The position numbers were made by a program, and so were the translations under genes. The notes beneath the pieces are model-generated. The model did not search any database and was not told where the DNA came from. It was given only the letters and a program-made list of their open reading frames with translations. DNA of 64,000 nt from the human T2T-CHM13v2.0 reference genome, Homo sapiens. The number at the start of each line of letters is the position of its first letter. Within the stretch, counting starts at the first letter, position 1. The DNA is taken from the NCBI RefSeq assembly GCF_009914755.1, contig NC_060929.1. The stretch is one strand, 5' to 3'. This document shows positions 46,801-61,183 of this stretch, one piece after another.

Positions 46801-47987
46801 AAGGCCAGTGGGGTACTATTGTTTAATATCCCCAAGGACGTTAATATAGATTTTAAGATAACCTATATAGCACTCAGAAATCCCTTGAACCTTCTAAATG
46901 TATAGCATATTATAGAAATAAGGAAGTAAAATCAGAGTTGCCATGTAGAATATAAAAGTTGAACTTCATGTCAGAGATCCATGCTAAAGTAAGGGAGTGG
47001 TGAATTTAAAAAGAATTTAAATAATATAAATAATTGTATGCCTGTCTACTCTGGAGAAAAAAATGATGCTTCACTTGCTTACACAAAAGACTGTATAGGA
47101 ATGATGACATTGTTTCTTTTGTATCCCACAGAGTGTTGGTTACCTCAGTGCTTAATTATTTCCTCATCAAGGACCCAGTCCCACCTTCTGTCTCTCTTGT
47201 TTTCACCACTACTCCTCTCTTGAACAGATGATATTTTTTTCCTGGGTTACTGGGCAAATCAGGAAGGTCTGGTTAAGTTTCACAGATTAACTCAACATAG
47301 TCTCACCTCACCAGTTGCTCCTTTGTTATCCTTGTAGCAGATCCTTCCTAAGAAACTTGTCCCTTTTTCTTTCTGAACCTTAAATTGCCAATCACCCAAA
47401 CTGTGAATTGTAAACATTGTACCCAATAGGTAATTTCTCAGTCTTCACCTCTCTCTCCCACCCTCCCCCATTTTGGAGTCCCCACTCACTTAACTTCTGG
47501 CTTTGGAATGATTTCTAAACCACAATGATCTTGTGATTTCAGAGCAGTCGGGGATTCTCCCAAATGTTTTGCATTACAGTGGAACTGAAGAGTAACCTGC
47601 AGACAGCTTTTGGAATAACTAGCTACTGAGTTGTACTTCAAGGAAAATGTTTAGTGCAGTATCCTGAATTTAGATTCAGACAGAGTTTTAAATAGTTTTA
47701 TTTAAAAATTGGTGGAGGGAAACCCATAATTTGAATAATGGAGTCTCTTAAATTCAGTCTGAATTGGACTGCTTGCATTGGTCTGTCAGGTGATAACTAA
47801 ATTTCCCTTTCAGTTGGTCCTGTTGAAACGGAACCATAAAATGACTGTGATATTACTTATCCAACATAAGAAGGAAATCAGCATTTTATTTACATTTTAT
47901 CCCTGTTTCAATACACAAAAGCAACTCCAAAGTGAATTGTTTGAGATTTAAGGTTTGCTTAACTCTTCCCAACCCTTTGGCTTTTAG

Positions 47988-48191
47988 ATTTGCTTGGAAC
48001 GGTAGAAGAAATCCTTCCAAGCCTCTCAGAAAATATCAGTGTTTGGGGGATGAAAGATTCTGTTCCACAAGGTGTAATTTCACTCAAAGAAAAACTGAGC
48101 ACCTCACCTGATGAGCCCGTGCCACGCAGCCACCATGTTGTCTCACTCCTCAAGTCTACTTGTCTTTACATTTTTACCTCTGGAACAACAG
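47988..48191 (+). CDS. SLC27A6: SLC27A6 coding exon 2 (204 nt), first part of AMP-binding motif YIFTSGTT
   Basis: Acceptor cttttag|AT; encodes DLLGTVEEILPSLSEN...CLYIFTSGTTG; donor CAG|GTATGA; phase 1 to 1, in frame with exon 1. Confidence 0.96.
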
Positions 48192-48883
48192 GTATGATCC
48201 AATTCTTTTGAAGGCTAAAATGAATGCGAGAAATTTGCAAAGCAACAGTGTTGGGCAAATTTCTACCATGTGTAGTGACCAACCATCTGAGAATGCATGC
48301 TTGCAAGAAGATGTAAGGATCTCAGAGGCTAGAACTTTCCAACTTGGATGGAAAGTTAATTATCTTAACTTTTACTTGAAAAGTCATTGTGTTCATTTGG
48401 CATTTGTCTCATTTGACAAGATTTTCTTAAAGTTTGGTAGTACAAAGGGCATGGGAGTATCCAAACACCTTGATCCAGTCTCATTGCTCAGTGTATGATA
48501 CTTGATACTTGATTTTTTGGGCAAGATCTTTGTTAGCTTCTCTGATCCTCAAATTTCTGATATCTAAAATGAAGAAATTAGTTTAAATAGTTTCTACTGA
48601 TTCTTTTGGATTTAAAAAGTGTTTTAATGTACTTGAAAACAGTTCTCTATATTCCTGTGTAAATTATTAAATCCTAAACATAATCCAGGTATACCGGCAA
48701 TTTAAGCACCTGTTGCTGGCTCTCCTGATTTTGGTCAGGGTAATTGAATCATGTGACAAACAGGAACTCTTGAAGGCACTGCAGGTTTGGACTAAGATAC
48801 AAAATAAAATCAAGTAAATAAGCTTTATTTTAAGTAAACAACAGCAATAACAATAATAAAACTGCCTGAGAATTCAAAAGAAG

Positions 48884-49181
48884 GGCCTGGCACAGTGACT
48901 ACTCACACCTGTAATCACACACTTTGGAGGCCAAGGCAGGAGGATTACTTGAGGCCAAGTGTTTGAGACCAGCCTAGGCAACACAGTGAGACCTCATATG
49001 TACAAAAAAATTAAAAAAAATAGCCAGATGTGGTGGCATGCACCTGTAGTACCAGCTACTCAGGAGGCTGAGGCAGTTGAATCATTCTATCCCAGAAGTT
49101 CGGGGTTATAGTGAGCTGATTGCACCTCTGCACTCCAGCCTGGGCAACAGAGTGAGACTCAGTCTTAAGAAAGAAAAGAAA
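48884..49181 (+). mobile_element. AluJ
   Basis: Diverged dimer; TSD gagaattcaaaaga. Confidence 0.88.
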
Positions 49182-50279
49182 GAGAATTCAAAAGAAATGT
49201 TAAACTTAATTGATTTCTAGGAAAAACTGAATGGTATTAATGGTAGCCTAAATAGGCTTTCATTATTAGTTTGAAAATGATTGTTGATTTGACTTAGACA
49301 TATTAAGAGTATTGTTACTCATTTCTTGTGCATAGGTTGTGAGCAACTATTGCATAGTAAAATTTTTCTTACATTTTAAAAATCTATTCAGTTCCTAATT
49401 GTAATCCCTTTTAGACTGGAGAATATAATTTTTTTTTACATGATTAGAACAGTTTTGATAAATGAACTGAAAAGTGCTAATATGTGTGTGGCTACTCTGT
49501 CCAGACTGAGGGAGCTTCTTTCTCAGATTGTTCAGGCTACCTAATCAGGTCTATTGAATAATAACAGGTCTAGAAGTTGGCAGATTGAACAGATACACAG
49601 TCCCTTAGGACAAAAGGAATGGAACTAGAGATGACAGCTACAAAATTTTAGAAAAGGAGGTGATGACTGAGTGTGGTGGCAGACACCGCAGACCCAAGAA
49701 GCTGAAGCTTATGGTGAAGCCTTGAAGAAAATTCATTTGCCCCCACCAAACCCCAGAAAGGCTCAGAAATTGGGTACCAGGTACCTCAAAGAGTAGAAAA
49801 TAAATGTGAAACTATAAGCAGGAAACTTTATGGGAAGTTTGTTTAAGAAGGAACTATAGTCCTGGATTGCTTCTTCCACCCTGATAGAAGTCCTGAGACG
49901 TAATTCTGGAAAAGATGAACTTCTGAAAATACCAGGAAGAACAGAGGTTTAAAAAGTAGGGGATATAAAAGAAAGTCTCCCTCCCTATAAATATGTATAT
50001 ATGTATATAGATAGATATACATATATGTATATGTTCTCTTTAATATATATAACTTCTTTTAATACTTGACTGTTTTAATCTTTGAGATTCTTGTCTGAGG
50101 AATCTGAATAGCCCACATGTAAAAATTGAAAGACACTGATCATGATGGATTCCCCCAACAGAATGTCCTGGACAGTGAAACCAACTAGTAAATAAGTATT
50201 CTTCAGACACAGAGATTCTAGTTAATATTTTGTTTGTTTATTTTGTGTTTTTGTGTCTGCACTTTTAAATATAAACTGA

Positions 50280-51140
50280 TAGTCAGTAGTCTCCAGATAT
50301 TTGAAAAAAATCCTCCTGAATATATTCTAGATTAGATTGAGACCAATACAAACGAAAGATAAAAAGGATGTTGGAGAAAACTGACAAGATAGAGAGGAGA
50401 AATTTTCAAAAAATTATTATTGTTAATATTCTGAAAGATGGGGACAAAAAAGTGTCAATAATATAAAAATAACATACTACAAAAAGAGGAATATTCAGAG
50501 AACATAATTGTTGGAAAATCTCTCAAAAAGTAAAGCAAAAGGTAAGAGAAGGAAAACAGGATAGGCAACATTAGGAAACCAGTGATTCTGTCCAGGAGGG
50601 CTGATCTTCAGAAAATCAAGAGTTCTAAAAATGAAAGGATGAACACACAAATAAATGTAACAGAAAAAAGCAATGGGCAAAAAGAACAGAAATAAGGAAG
50701 GAAAGAGAAGAATGGGGTGTGAAAATTATTTTGTTTTCAAATTCAAAAATATCTAGAACTATAAGACCTGAGTTGTTAGACTGAAAAAGCCTAAAAATTT
50801 CCCAGCGAAATGGATAGATGAGACTGGTCCCAGTAAAAGTCATCATGATATTACAGACTACTGAAAACAAATAGAAGATTCCAAAAATGAAAAAAAATAG
50901 AAATACCATGTTGCATCCAAAGGATAAGAAATCAGAAAGACTGATAATTGCTCAATATATATACTGGAAGTCAGAAGATTATAGAGCAATGCCTTCAAAG
51001 TCCTGCGTAAAAATGACTACTTACCTAGAATTCTTTACAAGCAGCCATTCAAGTGTATAGGTGGAAAAAAAAGACATTTTCAGGCACATAAGGACTGACA
51101 AAAACTTACCTCCCAAATGCTCTTTATCAGATAGCTACTG
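50280..51140 (+). mobile_element. Very old L1M/HAL1 ORF1-like relic
   Basis: ctggaagtcagaag...gcaatgccttcaaagtcctg...tacctagaattct. Confidence 0.5.
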
Positions 51141-51454
51141 AAACCAAATGTGTGCTACCACTGTAATTAATTTCTAGAATCTTAGATCTATCCAGAAAGG
51201 CCAACGATAAAATTACATAGCGTTTGAGATACAGGCCTACTTAGCAGCCTGTCAAAGGAGCGTTGCTAAAGTCAGAATGGCCTCTTTTACAAAGCAGATA
51301 GACTACTTTGATATATTTTCTGTCAATTGCTAGTGTAGTTGTTATCAGTATCATCTTCTTTCTGTTACTTCCTTTCTAGTTATATGAATATGTATGCATA
51401 TGTATATGTATGTATGTGTGTATATATATTTCCTGTTCTTTTCTTTTCTTCCAG

Positions 51455-51613
51455 GTCTACCAAAAGCAGCTGTGATTAGTCAGCTGCAGGTTTTAAGGGG
51501 TTCTGCTGTCCTGTGGGCTTTTGGTTGTACTGCTCATGACATTGTTTATATAACCCTTCCTCTGTATCATAGTTCAGCAGCTATCCTGGGAATTTCTGGA
51601 TGTGTTGAGTTGG
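51455..51613 (+). CDS. SLC27A6: SLC27A6 coding exon 3 (159 nt)
   Basis: Long pyrimidine tract then ccag|GT; encodes GLPKAAVISQ...LPLYHSS...GCVELG; donor TGG|GTAAGG; completes the TSGTTGLPK motif. Confidence 0.96.
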
Positions 51614-51799
51614 GTAAGGCTTTATTTTCTTTTTGATAAGTTTTCAAAATGTCTAATAATTAGAACAAGTATTTATTAACATTTGAAGCTGTATCGGTAG
51701 AATTTAGAGTGATTATATGCATATTATTTTATTATAACACAATATTTATTTTAAAAAAACTACACAATTTTATGGCATATTCAGTGTTTTCCTGAGGTG

Positions 51800-52160
51800 A
51801 AAAGAACAGTTTTCTGAGGATTTGGCCATGTGGTCGGAGCTGGCTATTGGCTGGGCTTCTCTCTCCTTGTAGTCACTCACCCTCAAACAAACTACCCCAG
51901 ATTCCTCAAATGTAGTAGAAATGTTCCAAGGGAGTGAGTATGGAAGCTGCATAAATCTTAAGGCCTAGTCTTGAAAGACACATAGGTTATTTTACCTTCA
52001 TTCCATTGATCAAAGTAAGTCATGGGCCAGCCTAGATTCAAGATTCCAGGGCTGGAGAAACAGAAGCCACCTCTTGAAGGGAGAAGGAGCAAATTTACAC
52101 TGCAAAAGTAAGAGCCCTGAAGAAATTGCTGAGGCCATCTTTGCGAACAGTCTGCCATAG
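51800..52160. mobile_element. Old MLT1 LTR fragment
   Basis: ccattgatcaaagtaagtcatgggccagcctagattcaag...ccacctcttga. Confidence 0.6.
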
Positions 52161-52497
52161 ACACTCAATAAATTAGTTGGTAGAGCTTGTGACTCAGTAG
52201 ATTCCATTCATAAACATGCAAGATTATGTGTCAGTTTCTAGACCTCACATAATATACAAACAGTGGAGATCATTTGCTACTTGTATTTGTCTAAAATGCT
52301 GTAATTTTTAGAATAGAATATTTAGAATATGATCAATATCCACCATAAATGAAGATGAGATATTAAAAGACATTAAAATCTTCAGTGGACATACATTGTT
52401 GTCAAAATTAGGTTCTGCAGTCATTTAAGAACTTTTTTGTTAGTACTATCTTGCTAATTCAACCTTACTAACAGTTGACCTCAAGATATGTTGAGGT

Positions 52498-52819
<322 letters not shown>

Positions 52820-53194
52820 TTAAAAATGAATAATATGTATATATTCCAGTTCACAAGTAAGTGAATATTCTTGGCTTCTATGAAGAAGGATGACTCTTAT
52901 CAATAGCCATGCTCTAATACTTTAACTCTTTTACTTATTTTGACTGTTGCTTTTCTCCTGTGTATTGCAAAAAGCATATTTTCAGTCAAAATTTAGAATT
53001 ACAATATTTTAACAGAGTTTTTGGACGGTAAAAATTAGTGTTTCCAAATGAGTTTGATATAAATTATTGATGATGAGTTATTAAAGTTTTAAAATGAGCA
53101 AACATGTTCTAGACAGAGAAACATCATTCATGTTTTATGTTCATTCTGCCTTTGAATTTTTTTCCCTAGTGCCTGTTTTTGTCTTTTCTTATAG

Positions 53195-53319
53195 GTGCCA
53201 CTTGTGTGTTAAAGAAGAAATTTTCAGCAAGCCAGTTTTGGAGTGACTGCAAGAAGTATGATGTGACTGTGTTTCAGTATATTGGAGAACTTTGTCGCTA
53301 CCTTTGCAAACAATCTAAG
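53195..53319 (+). CDS. SLC27A6: SLC27A6 coding exon 4 (125 nt)
   Basis: Acceptor atag|GT; encodes [42 protein letters not shown] (FATP-family [11 protein letters not shown] motif); donor AAG|GTAGGC; ends in phase 0. Confidence 0.96.
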
Positions 53320-53413
53320 GTAGGCGTAATCATTATCAGAAAAAAATATGTCAGAAAGAATAAGTATTGAGATAGAAAAGGTTATTTTTATTTCTTTGTT
53401 TATACTCTACCTT

Positions 53414-54196
<783 letters not shown>

Positions 54197-56591
54197 CCTT
54201 CTTTCAGAACATAATTTAGCTGACTTACAAAGATGCGTGCAATACCCCAAGATAAAATAAGACAAGTGAAAGAAAATAAACAGAGAGCTATCCAAGAATG
54301 TACTAATGTGTTTTGTACTGTAGCAGGATAGGACTGACCCAAAGACTGTGTTTAGACTAAAATTAAAATTTCTATAAACATAACACGCATCAGATTATGA
54401 AATTAGATTCATGCTATGTTTACAGAAAGCAATTATTCTAAGGTTAAAATAATCTTTTAAAATGCTGTTCTTTAAAAAAATAACTACTGACCACTGACAC
54501 TGATTATAATTTATTTTCTATTTTTTCTTTTGAATAAGTGATTATATTAGGATATCTTTTTGTTTTACTTTAAATTAAAAAAAAAAACCCACATTGCTTT
54601 GATTTGCACTTGTCTCCTTAACTGAAGAAGTCATTTCCACATTCGTTTGATCAACTGCCACCATCTGAAAAACAGATAAGCAGAGACAGTTGCAATAGCC
54701 TGAAGTTTATCTTTATTGGTTCATTTGTTTTTTTGCCCTCAGAAGTTATTTTCTTTTTCCTGGTTTCGTTTATCTCTCCAAATGCTTCTTCTTTAACTTT
54801 ATGATTTTCTAAACATTCTTGAGACTATAAAGAAGTTACTTTCTTTAATCAAATTTATTTAATTCTTTATATTATTTTATTATTATAAATTATTTATCTT
54901 TTATTATCTGATTATTTTAAACATCAGATCCACATCAGCCCCTTCAAGAATGACAATAGAGTAGGATATTGCCCTACGTGGGGTGGGGCAACAGAACCTT
55001 GGCCTTTGAGACCCACCTTTCCTTGACTAGAGGATCTCTCACTTATCACCTCTGCCATCATCACATCTGCTTAAGGCATGAATGGTGTGCTGGGATATCT
55101 TCTCTTCTCTTTGGCTAAAATCTGGCCATGTAATTTTTCAATTAATTACCCAGAGCACAGCTGACACTAGGCTGGAGGCATTTAAATAAGACTTTTTCAT
55201 TTTGAGCTTGGAGTTCACCAAGGAGAAACCTCCAGTCGAGTTTCTGACCCACCTCCCTGTGGCAGAAGCCATCCTTACTCATTTTTTGTCTGGAATGCTT
55301 CAAATAACTATAGATTCCACAGATTCATAGCCAAGACAAAGAGTTCCAGATAAATGTTTTACATTTTTTAAATATTTTTCTCTTCAAGGAGACCTTGCCT
55401 CAGGTAAGGGAGGTAGTCTTAATCTAAAGAACCCCAATAATACACTTAGAATGCCACAACCTCACATATTTTCTCTTCTAGTTTTCATTGTACTTTTTGG
55501 TAATGTGATATCTGGACTAGGTTAATTTAGGGAATTAATGCCCTCCAGTAAGATTAAGGTCACCTTCAGTTGAGATTTCATGACTTTAGTACAGAACACA
55601 GTAGGTGCTACCTAGTGAAGCTCATCTGCTTTCTAAACCATGTGCTCCACCATTCCTGTTTCCTCTCATCCTTTAATAGTGACATCAGTTTGTGTAATGT
55701 CATTGCTCAGTAAATATTTATTGAATGGTTGAATACATGAATTTACTTATTTCTAAAATTTACCAACTTAATGCTGCATTTAGTATCTTCATGCAATTGA
55801 GCTAATGTAGGTTTTCAGAAGTGAATGTAAATAGCCAAAGTATATGGATACTTTTGCGATTTATAGAAAATATTTCTAAATTGCTGTTCAACATGGTTGA
55901 AGTGATTTAGAAGCTCATGCACATTGTAGGAGTATGCCTGTTGCACAGTGTCTGTCAGTACTGGGTGTTATTAAAAATAGTGGTTTTCCAGTTGTGCTTC
56001 TTGGAAAATTAGAAGCTCTTTTAAGCTCCCTCAAAAGTCCTTGAAACATGGTGAGTAAGAGTAAAAGCAGGCCAATTTCCAAGGCCCACCCTTTCAAATA
56101 TCATGAATTAAACCCAATTTCCTGAGCTCCTCAATAATGCTTTGTTTGAACAAAGGATGCCTCAGTGGTTTTTAATTAGAAAAAGTAAATTCGATTATTT
56201 ACTTTTGTTTATAATTTTATAGACTAGAAACAAACATATTAATGTGCTCTGTTAAGATTACTGGCAAGGTGGGACAGTTTTCCAGCTGTATTTCCCTTTA
56301 AAAATGTCTCTTTTGTGTCTTGTACTCATTTATTTGTCTGGTACATAATGTTTTACCTTATCCAGTTGAACTCCCACTTCATATAATAAAGGTATTAATA
56401 GTTTTTCATATTGATTACAAATCTTTTCTCAGTGTTTTTCTTTAAATTTTTTAAAGAAATGAAATATTCTTTTTAACTCTCTGAATCTGTATTGCACTGA
56501 TTTGGAGGAAATATTATAGCTTTGGAGAATTTGAAAGAACTGAGAATTGAAAACAGAATACCTGATTGCTTTTTAATTAATTTAATTTTTA

Positions 56592-56943
<352 letters not shown>

Positions 56944-58089
56944 TTAATTTAATTTTTAATTTTAATTTTTAACTAAATCTCTTCAAAGAAAAAATGATGT
57001 TTATCAAATAATCTGCAAATGCTTACCTGAATGCAAACTGAGGAGGAAAGAAGGAAATAAATACAGCTTTACCCAAAGGAAAACTTAATAATTTTTTTTT
57101 AAGCAGAGAAGCATTGTACTACCTAATACCCTTTGTTGAACTCACACAAAATGAGTACAAGCTGTTCTTGGCATTAAAAATTAGGAAAAGGAGAAAGTCA
57201 TTCTGTTATGACATCTTTTCCCTTCAAGGAGATCTTACATTTTTGCTCTCCAATATTCCTTTCAATGACATTCCCTTGAAATGAAGGGGCAGTTTCTGCT
57301 GCCCAGCCAGTACATCAGTGGATTCAGGTAGAGCCAGAGAATGAACACGTGACATGGTCCAGGTCCTTACCTTCAAAGAATTAAAATTGAATGTCTCATA
57401 AGCCATGGTTTGAAGCCCCACAGACAGTTATTTAAAAGAAAGCAAAACCATGTGGTTTTAAAATAGATTCAGATTTGTTGACAATCTCAGGGTAAGTAGC
57501 ATATTCCAAAGGAAATTTACCTGCAGGCAGAAGTCAGAATGTGAGTTGAATGTTTATGTGTAGTTGCACAAAGACTCCCTAGGGTTGGCTTTCTATGGCC
57601 AGAAGCATTTATCCTTTCCCATCTCTCAAACATGCACCCTATTCCCCACTGCTTCTCTTTTTCAAAACTCCAGTTACAAAAGTTCTTTTGGCATAAACGT
57701 TAGATGTACTTCTTTAAAACTGCTGGCAGCAGCATTGTTTTCAGAAAAAGAGACTGACTCCTGTTAGTCATGGTGAGATGAAGTTGTTCTTCTCTTTCCC
57801 TGAGACTAGGAAAGCAGCTCTCCCTCACTTTTAATCTTCCAAGTTTTCTATGTCACTAAAGCACCATCATACAATCTGATTGGGTCTAGTTCTATATTTT
57901 CTTAATACTAATGTTGTCTTTAATATTGATTGGTGAGGAATATGTTGGAACTCTAGACATCAGTGATCCTCTAGGGGAGTCTTGCTGCAGAGTTTGTCTT
58001 ATATAAGCAATTCCACCTAACACAGTCAACAGTTAGCCATATCTAGGGATATATCTAGGGATAGACCATATATGTAACATATTCATTTC

Positions 58090-58890
58090 CTCATTCATTC
58101 ATTCATTCAAGTAATATTGTAGGATTAGATATACAGGACACACAGGACAAATCAGACTGCTTCTCTCTTAGAATTTATACTCTCTTTGATGAGGGGGAGA
58201 GAAAATAAACCCAGCAAACACAGATGAAAAGTAATTACAGACAATGACAAAGGTTATGAAGAAACAAAACAGGGTGCGGTGATGGAGAATGATGGACTGT
58301 GGGAGTAGGACATTGCTAATTAGATTTGGTGGTCAGGGATGGCTTCACAGAAATAGTAATCTATGAGCCGAGGACCTGATATGACAAGTGGGATCCAGGC
58401 ACAGAAAAGCTGGGAGGTTGCCGTCATGACAGAAGAAACTCAAAAGGAAGAGCCCCACAGAAAACACCACCTGAATGTTTGAAGAGAAGGAGGGTATGCT
58501 GGGCCATCCATTGACTAGATCTTGTAGGGCTTGAATCTTTGTAATCTTGGAGGAGAAACTTGGATTTTATTCCCATCAGAGTAGTTGAAAAAAGATGAAG
58601 GAAAAACTGGAAAAAATTAGACCACTTTGGGATCTATCTTGAAGGAAAGCTAACAAGACTTGTTAGATCAAGGATAGGAAGTGAAGGAATGGGTAGAATC
58701 AAGGATAAGTCCCAGGTTTTTGGTTCAAACATGTAGGCAAATTATGAACTATTTGCTGAGATGAAGAAAACTGAGATTCGAGGAATTAAAATTAATTTTT
58801 TTGATCTGTTAAGTTTGATATATTAGGCATCCAGATGAATAAGCTAAATAGGCAATTGGATGTAGGAATCTGAAGCTCGAATAGTACAAA
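58090..58890. mobile_element. L2 fragments
   Basis: (cattc)n end; ggtggtcagggatggcttcac; ggaatcaaggat...cccaggtttttggt; ttaagtttgata. Confidence 0.65.
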
Positions 58891-60764
58891 AGACAGGACC
58901 TAATTAACAAAGCAAGGACCTATAGTGTGATACATGTATGATGCTTATTTTTCAAGCTACTATTTGTAGTTTGACATTTAGGCTATATAATTTGTCTATA
59001 TATGTCAATGTAGAACACCCACATTTTGACATTCTCAAGGCATAGTCTATACTTATTAGGAATGCATTTTCTAAAAATTATATCCCCTTTCCTTATTTTG
59101 TTTTCTTAAAAGCTAAGAAATTCCCTGGGAGCCAGAAAACATCCTTATGATTCTGAATACTTTTGGTAAAGAATATTGAAATTTGACAAAATGTCTTACA
59201 CTTGACTCCCATTATAAAAAGAGAGGTGTTTTAAAGTATCAGTGTATTCATTAAGTATTTTTATTCATTTTTAAACTTTACAAATTGTGTTAAATTTTTC
59301 ATTAGTAATGCTTAGACAATCCTGCAGTGAGCCCCTAAGAGTTTACAGGTTTTTTTTTATTATTTTGTTTTGTTTTTCTGAGGCTGACAAGATGAAAATT
59401 TTGGAACACAAGAAGTGATTTATGGCAGTGTGAGAGTGTTTAAGAGTTCAATTAGAAAGGAAACCTGCTTTCTTTTCTCCAAAAGAATGTATCATTCCTT
59501 TCAAGAGTTTTCTTTGTCATATCTAGATATGATATGGAAATGAAGAAGATTCAGTAGTGCCAGAGAATAAAATTCCAATAAGGAGAGATCGAATGATGCT
59601 ATCTTGATCTTCGTATCTTGAACTTGTTTGTTTGTTCATTTGTTTCGCCAGTTACTTTTTGAATGGGACCAAAGACGGTCATAAGCTAAAATCTTGGCTT
59701 TACTTTGTACCTGGTTAAGTGCATTCTATTTATTCTTTTTTCTTTATTGAAAATGGGCATATTAAAAATATTCTCTCATCACATTTTCATGTTCTTAGTT
59801 TCTACATAACTTCAAGTGTTTTATCATGTTTTCTCCTTTTCATGTCCTTTAAAAGATGTAATCAATCAAAGTACATAGTTTTGGAAAACTTTTCCCACCA
59901 CATTTTAGTAACTTTTTAAAAATAGCATTTTAAAATTAATGTAAACTTTAATTGTTATCAAGATATTCTGATATAGTTTCATTACAATTCTCTGTAGCTT
60001 TCAAAACAATTGATTTTGCCTGTAAGATCTAGTTAAAGACATTTATATATTTTTTATTATTTGTATTCCTCAAATATTTGAAGCATATTATATGGTTGAG
60101 AAAGTAATCTCTCTTTCAAAACCCAGTTTTCCTTAAATAAGTCAAAGATATGTTTACATTGTTATAATAGATATAAAAGCATTTAGAGAAGTTGGTAAGC
60201 TGCCAGAAACTCTTTTCAGCTTAGAAACTGTAAATGTAGAAATACAAGGGGCTAACATAAATAGCTGTTAGCAGCCTGAATGCTAGTGGAATTACACAGG
60301 AATTTGTGAATATTTTGGAGTGTTTTAGAACTATGTGTATATATTAAAGGCTTTTTATAAGTGCTAATTTTAATAGTTAATGATTCACATTTCATAGGTA
60401 GCAGTGCATGTAAAATATACACATCTTTTTCTATCTGTCCTTTATGCCATTTATGCTAATTCCATTGAGGATACATATATCCCGTCTTTGTAAAATTTCC
60501 CAAGAAATTTAGCTTTATGTAGGAAACCATCTGATAGTGCATTGGCTACGGAATCTAATGACATAGGCTTAATTTCAAGCTCCTGTTGTTTGACTTTCAG
60601 TTGCTCACTTCTTTAAGCCATAATTCTTCTCTTTATATAAAATAAGTAACAATACCTACTTCTTCTAATTGGCCCTTGATTCTCATAATCCAGTTATGAG
60701 ATATATGTGAAAAACTGTAAACAAGGAAGCCGAATACAAATGGAAGGATTTTAAACAAAATGTA

Positions 60765-61053
60765 GGTTGAATGCAGTGACTCATGCCTGTAATCCCAGCA
60801 CTTTGGGAAACCAAGGCACGAGGATTGCTTGAGGCCAGAAATTTGAGATCAATTTAGGCAACATAGTGACAGTCCCATCTCTACAAAAAAAAAAAAAAAA
60901 AAAAAATTAGCCAGGGGTGGTGATGTATGCCATTAGTAGTCCATGCTATGGGGGAGGCTGAGGTGGCAGGATCATTTGCACCCAGGAGTTTGAAGCTGCA
61001 GTGAGCTATGATTTCACCACTGCCCTCCAACAGCTTGGGTGACAGAGCAAGAC
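60765..61053 (+). mobile_element. AluJ with expanded middle poly(A)
   Basis: gaggattgcttgaggcc; ~22-nt A run at 60885-60906. Confidence 0.85.
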
Positions 61054-61087
61054 CTTGTTTCAAAATAAAAAAAGTAATATTTTACAT

Positions 61088-61183
61088 GAATGTATTTATA
61101 AAATTAGAGTAATTTTGTAGAATGTATTTATAAAATTAGAGTAATTTTGTAGAATGTATTTATAAAATTAGAGTAATTTTGTA
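61088..61183. repeat. Perfect 32-bp x3 minisatellite
   Basis: gaatgtatttataaaattagagtaattttgta x3. Confidence 0.95.

Noticed and set aside
61088-61183. CRISPR-like array (32-bp palindromic repeats)
   Set aside because: No spacers, head-to-tail units, human intronic context.
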